Both the position numbers and the translations under genes were made by a program. Of a stretch of 46,254 bases of DNA, positions 32,203 to 41,896 are shown one piece after another; the first letter of the stretch is position 1; each line of letters begins with the position of its first letter. Location: contig CAZFSG010000006.1 in assembly GCA_964521665.1 (NCBI GenBank), positions 1 to 46,254 of the forward strand. Reading direction: 5' to 3'. Below the pieces are notes generated by a model. It was not told the DNA's origin. It did not search any database and saw nothing but the letters and a program-made list of their open reading frames with translations. The stretch comes from an uncultured Elusimicrobia bacterium (GTDB lineage Bacteria > Elusimicrobiota > Endomicrobiia > DTEH01).

Positions 32203-32226
32203 CTCTTAAACTCTTAAGGGAAAAAT

Positions 32227-33249
32227 ATGTTTAATTTTTTATTTAAACTTTTTTCTAACGACATGGGTATGGATTTAGGTACTGCTACTGTTTTGGTTTA
32301 TGTTAAAGGACAAGGTATAGTGTTATGTGAACCGTCAGTTGTAGCTGTAGACAAAGAGACACAAGAAATTCTTGCAATAGGTGCTGAAGCTAAACGTATG
32401 TTAGGTAAAACACCTGCAAATATAGTTGCAGTAAGACCTTTAAGAAACGGTGTGATTGCAAATTTTGATATTACAGAAAAAATGATAAGATATTTTATAC
32501 AAAAAGTTCATAATAAAAAAACACTTCTACATCCACGAATTGTGATAGGAGTACCATCAGGAATTACTGAAGTTGAACGGCGTGCAGTCAGAGAATCAGC
32601 AGCACAAGCAGGAGCTCGCGAAATTTATTTAATAGAAGAACCGATGGCTGCTGCAATAGGTGCAGGAATTGAAATACAACAACCTCGTGGTGCAATGATT
32701 GTAGACATTGGTGGTGGGACAACTGAAGTTGGGGTAATTTCTTTAGGTGGTATGGTAGTGACAAAATCTATTGATATAGCAGGTGATGAGCTTGATGATG
32801 CAATAATTCAGTATTTCAAAAGAAGATACAACTTGTTCATTGGTGAAAATACAGCAGAAGAGATTAAAATAAGAATTGGTTCTGTATATCCGTTAGAGGA
32901 AGAACTATCAATGGAGGTTCGTGGAAGAGACCAGGTTACAGGTTTACCAAAAACAATTGTTGTTACTTCTGAGGAGATTAGAGCAGCTTTAATGGAACCT
33001 GTCTCAGCTATTATAGGAGTTATAAAAAGTGCACTTGAAGAGACACCTGCAGAACTTGCTGCTGATTTAGTTGAAACAGGGATAACATTAGCAGGTGGTG
33101 GTGCATTGTTACGAGGTATAGATAAACTTATAAATAAAGAAACTGGTCTTCCAGTAAGAATTGCTGACGATCCTGTGACATGTGTTGTTCGTGGTACTGG
33201 TAAATATCTTGAGGAACTTGATAATATTAGAAAAAGAAAACTGTTTTAA
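32227..33249 (+). CDS. mreB: Rod-shape-determining protein MreB
   Basis: Actin-fold motifs [35 protein letters not shown]. Confidence 0.96.
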   Translation: MFNFLFKLFSNDMGMDLGTATVLVYVKGQGIVLCEPSVVAVDKETQEILAIGAEAKRMLGKTPANIVAVRPLRNGVIANFDITEKMIRYFIQKVHNKKTLLHPRIVIGVPSGITEVERRAVRESAAQAGAREIYLIEEPMAAAIGAGIEIQQPRGAMIVDIGGGTTEVGVISLGGMVVTKSIDIAGDELDDAIIQYFKRRYNLFIGENTAEEIKIRIGSVYPLEEELSMEVRGRDQVTGLPKTIVVTSEEIRAALMEPVSAIIGVIKSALEETPAELAADLVETGITLAGGGALLRGIDKLINKETGLPVRIADDPVTCVVRGTGKYLEELDNIRKRKLF

Positions 33250-34076
33250 TGACAATTAATGAATTTGTTAAAAAAAACAAACCTACTATATTTTTTTTCT
33301 TCTTTATTTCAATATCTCTTATTTTCTTATCTACACAAACAATAACAAAATATATTCGTTCTGTAAGAATTTTTTTTGTTTATTTTTTTTCTACAACATA
33401 CCTGCCAGTATACAAAATTGTTAATTATCCTTTTGACACTTTTAACAAATTTATCCAGCTTCCATATATGTATGAAGAAAATGTTAAATTAAAAGAATTT
33501 GTTAAAAAATTGTATTTTGAAAAATTGCACTATTATGCAGTTTTTGAAAAAAAACAAAATGAACAATTGGTCAACGAATTGTCAAAAAAATATAATTATA
33601 AATTATTTTCTGCTGAAGTTATATCTCGTGATTGTAAAAATTGGTATAATGAATGTATAGTTTTAGTTGATAATCCAACTATCCTTAAAGAAGATATGCC
33701 TGTGATTCTTTATGTTGAACCTGATAAATTTTATTTTGTAGGACGAATATGGACAATAGAAAAAAATATTGCAAAAGTTTTGTTGATAACAAATCCCTTA
33801 AGTATGTTACCAGTAAGAATTAAAGATAAACCTATTTATGGTGTGTTGATAGGTAATTCATCAATAATTTTATCTATGGATTATATATTGTTAGAAGATG
33901 ATGTCAAATTAGGTGATATTGTGATAACAAGTGGTATAGGCAACATACCTGAAGGAATAGAAATAGGAAGAGTAATAGATATAGATATTTCATCTACGGG
34001 GTTCAAAAAAGCAATTGTTAAGTTAAATTATAATATAAATGCATTAAAAAATTTAATAATACTTTTTCCTCAGTAA
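33249..34076 (+). CDS. mreC: Rod-shape-determining protein MreC
   Basis: Position after mreB, N-terminal TM segment, coiled-coil region, and C-terminal beta-rich domain with ..TSG.G.I.P.GI.IG.V. Confidence 0.8.
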   Translation: MTINEFVKKNKPTIFFFFFISISLIFLSTQTITKYIRSVRIFFVYFFSTTYLPVYKIVNYPFDTFNKFIQLPYMYEENVKLKEFVKKLYFEKLHYYAVFEKKQNEQLVNELSKKYNYKLFSAEVISRDCKNWYNECIVLVDNPTILKEDMPVILYVEPDKFYFVGRIWTIEKNIAKVLLITNPLSMLPVRIKDKPIYGVLIGNSSIILSMDYILLEDDVKLGDIVITSGIGNIPEGIEIGRVIDIDISSTGFKKAIVKLNYNINALKNLIILFPQ

Positions 34077-34552
34077 TGAAAAAATTTTTTGTTAATTTAA
34101 TAATTATATTTTTTATTCTTATCCTTGACACTTTGTTAAGTAAAATTTTTCCTTTTTATTTAAGGCCCAACTTGTGGTTAGTATATATAGTTTTTGTATC
34201 GTTATTTTTAGGGCATACAGATGGTGTTGTTGTAGGATTTATTGTAGGAGTTATATATGATATTCTACATCTTACATTTTTTGGTGTTAACACATTATTA
34301 TTAACTACAATAGGATATTTGTTTGGTTGGTTATACAGACGAGTTAATGGAAATCTATACAATGTACAAGTATTATCTTTACTGCTTAGTTGTTTAGTTT
34401 ATTACGGATTGTATTTTATAATTTCGCTTTTGTTTAAATTTATTGGGCGCAATTTCATATATTTATTATCAGCTCTCTCTACCTTTGTAATTGGATTTTT
34501 AGAACTACAAATTTTGATTCAAGTGTATAAAAAATATGGTGTAGTTAAGTAA
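34076..34552 (+). CDS. mreD: Rod-shape-determining protein MreD
   Basis: Position, about 158 aa, polytopic hydrophobic profile. Confidence 0.75.
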   Translation: MKKFFVNLIIIFFILILDTLLSKIFPFYLRPNLWLVYIVFVSLFLGHTDGVVVGFIVGVIYDILHLTFFGVNTLLLTTIGYLFGWLYRRVNGNLYNVQVLSLLLSCLVYYGLYFIISLLFKFIGRNFIYLLSALSTFVIGFLELQILIQVYKKYGVVK

Positions 34553-34554
34553 AT

Positions 34555-36381
34555 ATGGATTGGGAAAACGCATCGTATTTTGTAAAAAAACAATTTTTTA
34601 GTGTTTTTTCTGTTGTAAAATATGTTTTATTAATGCCATTGATATTTTTTTATCCAGTTTTGTTTTATTACCAAATTATTTGCGGAAATTATTATTATAA
34701 TATTGCTGAAAAAAATAGATTACGTATGTTTGTCATCAATGCACCACGCGGCCTTATATACGATGCAAACAATGAAATTTTAGCTGATAACAGGCCTTCA
34801 ATAACCGTATTTTACTACCCTGCTCAACAATTCACACCTTCAGAGCTACACGATTTGGTGTCTGTTTTCCCAAATAGTAGAGAACAACTTTTTGCTGCAA
34901 TAAAATCTAACAAAATTATTACTTTAGGTAGGGATATTGATAGAGAAAAAATTTTTCATTTGTTTAGTTTAAAACATAGAATTAGCAACATTTTTGTCTC
35001 AACAGAATTTAGAAGAAGATATATATATAATGAACTTTTCTCACATGTGATAGGATATGTGGGACAAATTACATATAAAGAATATCAAGAATTGAGAAAG
35101 GAAGGATATAGTTATAACGATATTATAGGGAAATCTGGGATTGAAAGAATGTATGAAAAATACTTAAAAGGTATAAATGGTGCGTTATTCGTAGAAGTTG
35201 ATGCAAAAGGTAACTTAACAAAAATAATAAAGAATTTACCACCACGGCCCGCAAATAATTTATATCTCACCATTGATAAAGATTTGCAGGAAGTTGCTTA
35301 TGAAGCATTAAAAAAAATTGGTAAAAACGGCGCTATTATCGGTATTGATCCGAGAGACGGAGCTGTCCGTATTTTAGTTTCATATAAAGATTTTGATCCC
35401 AACATATTTTCTAAACCTTTATTAGAAGAAAGAAGAAATTTGTTAACAGATCCTAACCTTCCTTTATTCAACCGTGTTGTCCAAGGTGTGTATTCACCAG
35501 GCTCTACTTTTAAAATTTTGACTACAATAGCAGCGTTAAATGAAAAAAAGATTTCACCAAATAGTGTAGTATTTTGTTCAGGCGAATTTACGTTCGGAAA
35601 TAAAACTTTTAAATGTTGGCAAAAAAAAGGGCACGGATATGTTGATTTATCAAATGCTATTAGATTATCTTGTAATGTATATTTTATAAACCTTGGATTA
35701 AAAGTAGGAATTGATAACATAGAAAAATATGCAAAAATGTTTGGTTTTGGACAACTAACAGGGATAGATTTACCTTTTGAAACTACTGGTATTGTCCCAT
35801 CAAGAAAATGGAAAAAAGAACACACTGGTATTGAATGGTTTGATGGAGACACAATTTCTGTTAGTATTGGTCAAGGATATGTTACTGTTACACCTATACA
35901 ACTTGCAATGTTTGCACAAGCAGTAGCAAACCGTGGTGTTGTATACACTCCATATATAGTATCAAAAATTACCGATATTGAGGGAAATATTTTGTATCAA
36001 CATACACCTATAAAGAAAGAAATAAGTGGTATTAATCCCGTAATATGGGATTTTTTGTATGATGCAATGGAATCCGTAGTAAGAAACGGGACAGGTTATG
36101 CAGCGTATATACCTTCATTCCCTATTGCTGGAAAAACTGGTACAGCACAAAATCCTCATGGACAAGACCATGCATGGTTTATATGTTTTGGACCTGCAAA
36201 AAAAGATGCTCCTGCTGAACTTGTTTTAGCGATAGTAGTTGAACATGGAGGCAAAGGGGGAGCAGTTGCTGCACCTATCGCAAAACAAATTTTTACAAAA
36301 TATATAAACAAATCAAGGGGAAAAGGAGCATTGTCTTCAGTTGGAGAATACAAAAAACAAGAGGTGGAATATGGAGACTGA
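34555..36381 (+). CDS. mrdA: Penicillin-binding protein 2 (elongasome transpeptidase)
   Basis: SPGSTFK (SxxK), SCN (SxN) and KTGTA motifs. N-terminal TM anchor. Position between mreD and rodA. Confidence 0.93.
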   Translation: MDWENASYFVKKQFFSVFSVVKYVLLMPLIFFYPVLFYYQIICGNYYYNIAEKNRLRMFVINAPRGLIYDANNEILADNRPSITVFYYPAQQFTPSELHDLVSVFPNSREQLFAAIKSNKIITLGRDIDREKIFHLFSLKHRISNIFVSTEFRRRYIYNELFSHVIGYVGQITYKEYQELRKEGYSYNDIIGKSGIERMYEKYLKGINGALFVEVDAKGNLTKIIKNLPPRPANNLYLTIDKDLQEVAYEALKKIGKNGAIIGIDPRDGAVRILVSYKDFDPNIFSKPLLEERRNLLTDPNLPLFNRVVQGVYSPGSTFKILTTIAALNEKKISPNSVVFCSGEFTFGNKTFKCWQKKGHGYVDLSNAIRLSCNVYFINLGLKVGIDNIEKYAKMFGFGQLTGIDLPFETTGIVPSRKWKKEHTGIEWFDGDTISVSIGQGYVTVTPIQLAMFAQAVANRGVVYTPYIVSKITDIEGNILYQHTPIKKEISGINPVIWDFLYDAMESVVRNGTGYAAYIPSFPIAGKTGTAQNPHGQDHAWFICFGPAKKDAPAELVLAIVVEHGGKGGAVAAPIAKQIFTKYINKSRGKGALSSVGEYKKQEVEYGD

Positions 36382-37741
36382 ACCTGTTGTAAGAATATCT
36401 GTTATTAAAGAAGAAAACATAATTAAGAGAGTTCTATTTAGTTCTAATTGGAGATTGATATCTATAGTTATATTTTTGACTTTGTTTGGAATAATTATGA
36501 TTTATTCAGCAACATTTTATACTGGGGAAAATATTTATATAATAAAACAATTAGTTGCATTACTGATAGGTATTTTCCTTATGTTTATTTTTAGTTTAGT
36601 AAATTATCAGCTGTTTCAACCATATTATAAATATATATACTTAATTTGTATATTTTTGCTAATTTTAACACTTTTTGTCGGTAGTGTATACAGGGGGACA
36701 CGTGCATGGATTAATTTTAAGTTATTTTTGTTTCAGCCATCAGAAGTTGTAAGAATACTTTATATTTTATTTTTATGTGGATATCTTGATAAAAATATTA
36801 CTCAAAATGTTAATCTGTCAAAATTTTTTGTTGCATCAATATCGTTTTTAGTAATCTCAGTATTGCTTTTACTACAACCAGATTTTTCAGCGATAGTAGT
36901 ATATTTCCCTATAATTGTTGTTAGTTTTTATCTTGGAGGGATAAATAAAAAATTGTTGTCATATTTACTTTTGTTCTTTTTTACAACGATTATATTGTTT
37001 TTAGCTAAGATATATTTTACAATTAATAAAGAAATTATTAAAAGTGAGATAGTTAAATTTTTTTCTTTTTCTTTAGAAGGTTTTAATATACAATATTTTA
37101 TAATGTTATTTCTGATCTTATTTTTAGTATGTTTCATAGGGTGGATATTAAAAAAATTGTTGTTTAAAGTTAGAATAATTTATGTTTTATTAACAATTTT
37201 TGTTCTTTGGTTAAGCTACAGTTGTGTCACTATAAGTCATAAATTTGTGAAATTGTATCAGCAGAAAAGGATTATTTCTTTTTTAGATCCTTATTTTGAT
37301 CCTACAGGCGCTGGATTCCAAGTTATACAAACAAAAGTTGCAATAGGTAGTGGCAGATTTTTTGGTAAAGGTTTGTTTAAAAGTACTCAAGCAAAATTAG
37401 GATTCGTTCCTGAAAAACATACAGATTTTATTTTTTCTTTAATTTGTGAAGAGTTAGGTTTTATTGGTGCAACTGTAATAATAACATTATTTGTTTTGTT
37501 TATTATTGAAGGGATTAAAATAGTTAATTCTTGTAGAGATACATACGGAGGATTGGTTTCTGCAGCTATAACAAGTATGTTTGCTTTTTATTTTGTTGTA
37601 AATATAAGTATGTGTTTAGGTTTGTTTCCTATTGTAGGGATACCGTTACCATTTATTTCATATGGTGGGTCAAATTTAGTATCATCCTATATTGCGGTAG
37701 GTATATTGAATTCTATTTATATAAGAAGATATATGTATTAG
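36371..37741 (+). CDS. rodA: SEDS-family peptidoglycan polymerase RodA
   Basis: Polytopic membrane protein with SEDS motifs (..PSE..K......, ..TDFIFS...EE.GF.G, LP.ISYGGS). The ATG at 36371 lies behind SD GAGGTGG. The track start at 36341 is less likely. Confidence 0.9.
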   Translation: METEPVVRISVIKEENIIKRVLFSSNWRLISIVIFLTLFGIIMIYSATFYTGENIYIIKQLVALLIGIFLMFIFSLVNYQLFQPYYKYIYLICIFLLILTLFVGSVYRGTRAWINFKLFLFQPSEVVRILYILFLCGYLDKNITQNVNLSKFFVASISFLVISVLLLLQPDFSAIVVYFPIIVVSFYLGGINKKLLSYLLLFFFTTIILFLAKIYFTINKEIIKSEIVKFFSFSLEGFNIQYFIMLFLILFLVCFIGWILKKLLFKVRIIYVLLTIFVLWLSYSCVTISHKFVKLYQQKRIISFLDPYFDPTGAGFQVIQTKVAIGSGRFFGKGLFKSTQAKLGFVPEKHTDFIFSLICEELGFIGATVIITLFVLFIIEGIKIVNSCRDTYGGLVSAAITSMFAFYFVVNISMCLGLFPIVGIPLPFISYGGSNLVSSYIAVGILNSIYIRRYMY

Positions 37742-37744
37742 GTT

Positions 37745-40225
37745 ATGAAAAATGTTTTAGATAACATACTTAAAAAAGTTAAAATGCCAGGACAATATAT
37801 TAACTGTGAATATAATTCTGAAACATCCTCCATTTCTGCTAAATGGAATAAAAAAGAAGTAGTAAAAATAGTTTTGTGTTATCCTGATAAATATGTTGTT
37901 GGAATGTCAAACCTTGGTATAGAAATACTTTATAAATTATTGAATTCGTATGATGATATTTTATGTGAACGATTATTTGCACCAGATATAGACATGGAAA
38001 ATGAACTACAAAAAAATAATATTGAATTATTTTCTTTAGAAACAAAACATAAATTAAGAGAATTTGACATTATAGGTTTTTCATTACAACATGAATTATG
38101 TTATACTAACATTTTTACAATTTTATCTTTAGCAAAAATTCCGTTTAAAAGTAAAGAAAGGAAAAATTTGTTTCCTTTAATAATAGCAGGGGGTCCTTGT
38201 AGTTGTAATCCTCATGTGTTAGAAGAATATATTGATTTTTTTGTTTTAGGTGAGGCAGAAGAAAGTTTAATAAATGTAGTTAGAATTGTTCAACAGTTTA
38301 AAATTAAAAATACAAATAATAAACAGGAACTTTTAAACGAGATAAATAAACTTCCTGAGGTATATGTTTCAGCAGAAAATGGAAAAAAAGTTCGTCCTGC
38401 AGTAGTTGATATTAAAAAAAGTTTTTATCCAAAAAATCCTACCGTTCCAATTATCAGAACAACACATAATAGATTAAACATAGAAGTTACTCGTGGATGT
38501 GGATATAACTGCAACTTTTGTCAACCCACTTATATTAATAGACCATTGAGGTTTAGAAATAAAGAACAATTGTTTGAGTTAATAGAAGAAGGAATAAATA
38601 ATACTGGTTATGATGAAGTTGCGTTAAGTGGGTTTTGTGTAACCAATTATCCTTATTTGCTACAACTTATTGATTTTATTCATAAAAAATATGACCATAA
38701 ATTTGTATCGATATCTCTACCATCACTACGAATAGAAGATATTAATGAAAAACTATTAGAAGGATTATCATATCCAAGAAAGTCAACTATAACTTTAGCA
38801 CCTGAAACTGCAACTGAACGTTTAAGAAAAGTTCTAAATAAAGAAATATCTAATGAAGAAATTTTTAAAAAAATAAAACTTTTATATAAATTTGGATTTT
38901 ATAAAATTAAATTGTATTTTATGATAGGACTACCAACTGAAACTAACGAAGATATTGAACAAATTCCTAAATTAATAAAAATGTTACAAAAATACTTTCC
39001 TAAAATACATTTTAGTTTAGGAATTTCAATTTTTGTTCCAAAACCCCACACACCCTTCCAATTTTGTAAAACTGATATATATGAAAATTTATATAACAAA
39101 CTAATGTTTCTTACAAAGAATTTAAAAAGAGAGTTAAAAATAAAATCTATAAAATCAAAAATTTATTCTGCATTCATTGAATCAATGATTTCACGCGGAG
39201 ATAAATATATTGGTGAGCTAATAGAATCTGTCTGGGAGTCAGGAGGGAGGTTTGATAATTGGCAAGAAAGTTTTAATCCGGATTTATGGATAGAAAAAAT
39301 CATTTCAAAAAAAATTGATTTACATAAGTATATATTTACTGAATATAATGAAACAGATAAACTTATATGGGATGATATTCAATATAGTTTCTCTAAAGAA
39401 AAACTTTATCAACAATATTTGACTTCTATTAATATTGAGAAATTTTCTATACCATCTTCAACAACATTTACTTTAAATTACAATACTATAGCGGATAATA
39501 ATTTTCCATCTGTTTTTATAAAACCAACTTCTTTTAGACACAGTTGTGATGTTTTCACTTTGAGATTGAGATTTTCAAGAAAAGGAGCCATAAAGTATAT
39601 TTCTTTTCTTGACCAGATAGAAATTATAAAAAGAGCACTAAGAATGACAGAGTTACCTTTGTGTTTTTCAGAAGGGTTTAATCCACAAATTAAAATGTCA
39701 TTTGCTCCTGCGATATCTGTAGGTCATGAAAGTAATTCAGAATATGTAGATGTTGGAATTTCAGAACCTGTAGATGTTGTTGAAGTGAAAAACAAAATAA
39801 ACAAATTTTTACCTTTAGGATTGAGTTTATTGTCAGCAAAACTTTTATTTTCACCATTAAAAAAAATACCAGCTTTAAATAATGTTGTAAACTTAGCGGA
39901 ATATATAATTGTTTCTGAAGAAGATGAGTTTGATGAAGATAAAGTTGACAAATTTTTTCAAGTAGAAAGTGTTGTTGTAGAAAAACATAAGTTTGGTAGT
40001 TCAACAGTTAACAAAATTGATTTGCATGAAGTTGTAAAAAGTATTAAACTTGTTGATAAAAATTTTATAAACTTATATTTAAGATTAATACCTAACAAAA
40101 CTTTGAAACCTGAAATTGTAGTAAGCAAAATTTTTGACCTTAATGAAGAAAAAAGTTATTTTAATGTTATAAGGGAGAATTTGTATATTGAAACTACTAA
40201 TGGTAATGTTTTAGAAATAATCTAA
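37745..40225 (+). CDS. Radical SAM protein fused to a C-terminal domain of unknown function (resembles the TIGR03960 + TIGR03936/DUF2344 pair)
   Basis: CGYNCNFC (CX3CX2C) cluster motif after a B12-binding-like N-terminal region. Long C-terminal extension. Family assignment is from memory of domain architecture and synteny, not from a search. Confidence 0.75.
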   Translation: MKNVLDNILKKVKMPGQYINCEYNSETSSISAKWNKKEVVKIVLCYPDKYVVGMSNLGIEILYKLLNSYDDILCERLFAPDIDMENELQKNNIELFSLETKHKLREFDIIGFSLQHELCYTNIFTILSLAKIPFKSKERKNLFPLIIAGGPCSCNPHVLEEYIDFFVLGEAEESLINVVRIVQQFKIKNTNNKQELLNEINKLPEVYVSAENGKKVRPAVVDIKKSFYPKNPTVPIIRTTHNRLNIEVTRGCGYNCNFCQPTYINRPLRFRNKEQLFELIEEGINNTGYDEVALSGFCVTNYPYLLQLIDFIHKKYDHKFVSISLPSLRIEDINEKLLEGLSYPRKSTITLAPETATERLRKVLNKEISNEEIFKKIKLLYKFGFYKIKLYFMIGLPTETNEDIEQIPKLIKMLQKYFPKIHFSLGISIFVPKPHTPFQFCKTDIYENLYNKLMFLTKNLKRELKIKSIKSKIYSAFIESMISRGDKYIGELIESVWESGGRFDNWQESFNPDLWIEKIISKKIDLHKYIFTEYNETDKLIWDDIQYSFSKEKLYQQYLTSINIEKFSIPSSTTFTLNYNTIADNNFPSVFIKPTSFRHSCDVFTLRLRFSRKGAIKYISFLDQIEIIKRALRMTELPLCFSEGFNPQIKMSFAPAISVGHESNSEYVDVGISEPVDVVEVKNKINKFLPLGLSLLSAKLLFSPLKKIPALNNVVNLAEYIIVSEEDEFDEDKVDKFFQVESVVVEKHKFGSSTVNKIDLHEVVKSIKLVDKNFINLYLRLIPNKTLKPEIVVSKIFDLNEEKSYFNVIRENLYIETTNGNVLEII

Positions 40226-40261
40226 TTTTGTTTAAAACTAATCAATGAAAGGGGGACTACT

Positions 40262-40510
40262 ATGGCTCATGTTACTAATGGTAGAGATAGTAGAGCAAAA
40301 TATCTAGGTGTAAAAATATACGAAGGAGGTATTGTAAAACCTGGACAAATTATTGTTAGACAAAGAGGTACAAAATTTGTTGCTGGCAAAAACACTTTTA
40401 TGGGTAAAGATTTTACTATACATTCAAAAATTTTAGGAAAAGTAATTTTTAAACAATTAAACAAACACAAAAAATGTATTGAAGTTATTCCTTTATCAAA
40501 TTCTTATTAA
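40262..40510 (+). CDS. rpmA: 50S ribosomal protein L27 (shortened N-terminal tail)
   Basis: ..NGRDSRAKYLGVK...G..V..G.IIVRQRGTKF.AG.N. SD AAGGGGGA upstream. Confidence 0.93.
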   Translation: MAHVTNGRDSRAKYLGVKIYEGGIVKPGQIIVRQRGTKFVAGKNTFMGKDFTIHSKILGKVIFKQLNKHKKCIEVIPLSNSY

Positions 40511-40523
40511 TTATATTAAAAAA

Positions 40524-41810
40524 ATGTTCATAGATAAAGTAAAAATATTTGTAGAAGCAGGTAAAGGTGGAAACGGTTGTGTAAGTTTCCGTAGGGAGAA
40601 GTATGTACCTTTTGGCGGTCCTGATGGTGGTAACGGAGGCAAAGGTGGAGATGTTTATCTTGTTGCTAATCCGGAGATGACAACATTATACGATTTTTAT
40701 CTTAGACCACATTATAAAGCTGAAAATGGAGAAAATGGTAAAGGTAAAAATATGAATGGTAAAAATGGAAAATCTTTGTATATAAATGTTCCATGTGGTA
40801 CTGTAGTGTATAAACTTGATGAAGATAACAATACTGTATTCATTGGCGATTTGAGTGTTCCATATCAAACTTTGTTAGTGGCAAGAGGTGGTAGAGGTGG
40901 TCGTGGAAATGCTGAGTTTAAATCTTCTACAAATCGTGCTCCTAAAATTGCAGAACTTGGTCAACCAGGAGAAAAATTAACATTAGTTTTAGAATTAAAA
41001 CTTATAGCAGATGTAGGTATTATTGGATTACCTAATGTTGGAAAATCAACTTTGTTATCTGTATTGACTTCTGCAAAACCTAAAATTGCTGATTATCCAT
41101 TTACTACAACTTCACCAAATTTAGGTGTATGTGAGTATTCTGGAATGAAGTTTGTTTTGGCGGATATTCCGGGTCTTATTGAAAATGCACATAAAGGTAA
41201 AGGGTTAGGAATTGAATTTCTACGCCATATTGAAAGAACAAAAATCTTGTTGCATTTATTAGACATCTCTGTGGGTAGTGTAAATGAAATTTATAAAAAT
41301 TATAAAATAGTTGTAAATGAACTAAAAAGTTATTCAAAAAATTTGTTAAAGAAGAAAATGATAATTGTATTAAATAAAATAGATCTTTTATTACCTCAAA
41401 AGACAGAAGAAATTGTAAAAAGTTTTAAGAAAAAAATAAAAAATAAACACCCAGTTGTTGCAATATCTGCAATAAAAAAGAAATCTCTTGAAATTTTACT
41501 TAAAAAAATTGTAAATTTATTAAATAAAGAAAAACAAAAAATTACTATTGAAACAGAAAATAAAACACCGGTTGTTTTTAAATATGAACCCGAATATACA
41601 ATAGTATATGATAAAGACAAATTTGTTATTAAAGGTAAAAAAATTGAAGATTTAGTAATGATGACAGACTTTTCTTCAGAAAAATCGGTTCAGCGGTTAC
41701 AAAAAATTTTGAAAAAGTTAGGTGTAGAAAAAACATTGAAAAAGAAAGGAATAAAACCTGGAGACAAAATAGAAATTGCTGGAGTAGAGTTTACATATAT
41801 TGAAGATTAG
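40524..41810 (+). CDS. obg: GTPase Obg/CgtA
   Basis: MFIDKVKIFVEAGKGGNGCVSFRREKY..GGPDGGNGGKGGDV. G-domain GLPNVGKST, DIPGLIE, NKID. C-terminal OCT-like domain. The ATG at 40524 is chosen by N-terminal homology. Confidence 0.95.
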   Translation: MFIDKVKIFVEAGKGGNGCVSFRREKYVPFGGPDGGNGGKGGDVYLVANPEMTTLYDFYLRPHYKAENGENGKGKNMNGKNGKSLYINVPCGTVVYKLDEDNNTVFIGDLSVPYQTLLVARGGRGGRGNAEFKSSTNRAPKIAELGQPGEKLTLVLELKLIADVGIIGLPNVGKSTLLSVLTSAKPKIADYPFTTTSPNLGVCEYSGMKFVLADIPGLIENAHKGKGLGIEFLRHIERTKILLHLLDISVGSVNEIYKNYKIVVNELKSYSKNLLKKKMIIVLNKIDLLLPQKTEEIVKSFKKKIKNKHPVVAISAIKKKSLEILLKKIVNLLNKEKQKITIETENKTPVVFKYEPEYTIVYDKDKFVIKGKKIEDLVMMTDFSSEKSVQRLQKILKKLGVEKTLKKKGIKPGDKIEIAGVEFTYIED

Positions 41811-41812
41811 AA

Positions 41813-41884
41813 GCCGGCGTAGCTCAGTGGTAGAGCAGGCGCCTTGTAAGCGTCTGGTCGGGGGTTCGAATCCCTTCGCCGGCT
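41813..41884 (+). tRNA. tRNA-Thr (anticodon UGU)
   Basis: Acceptor GCCGGCG/CGCCGGC, anticodon arm GGCGC-CTTGTAA-GCGTC, T-loop TTCGAAT. Starts 2 nt after the obg stop. Confidence 0.9.
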
Positions 41885-41896
41885 GTTTTTTTATTT

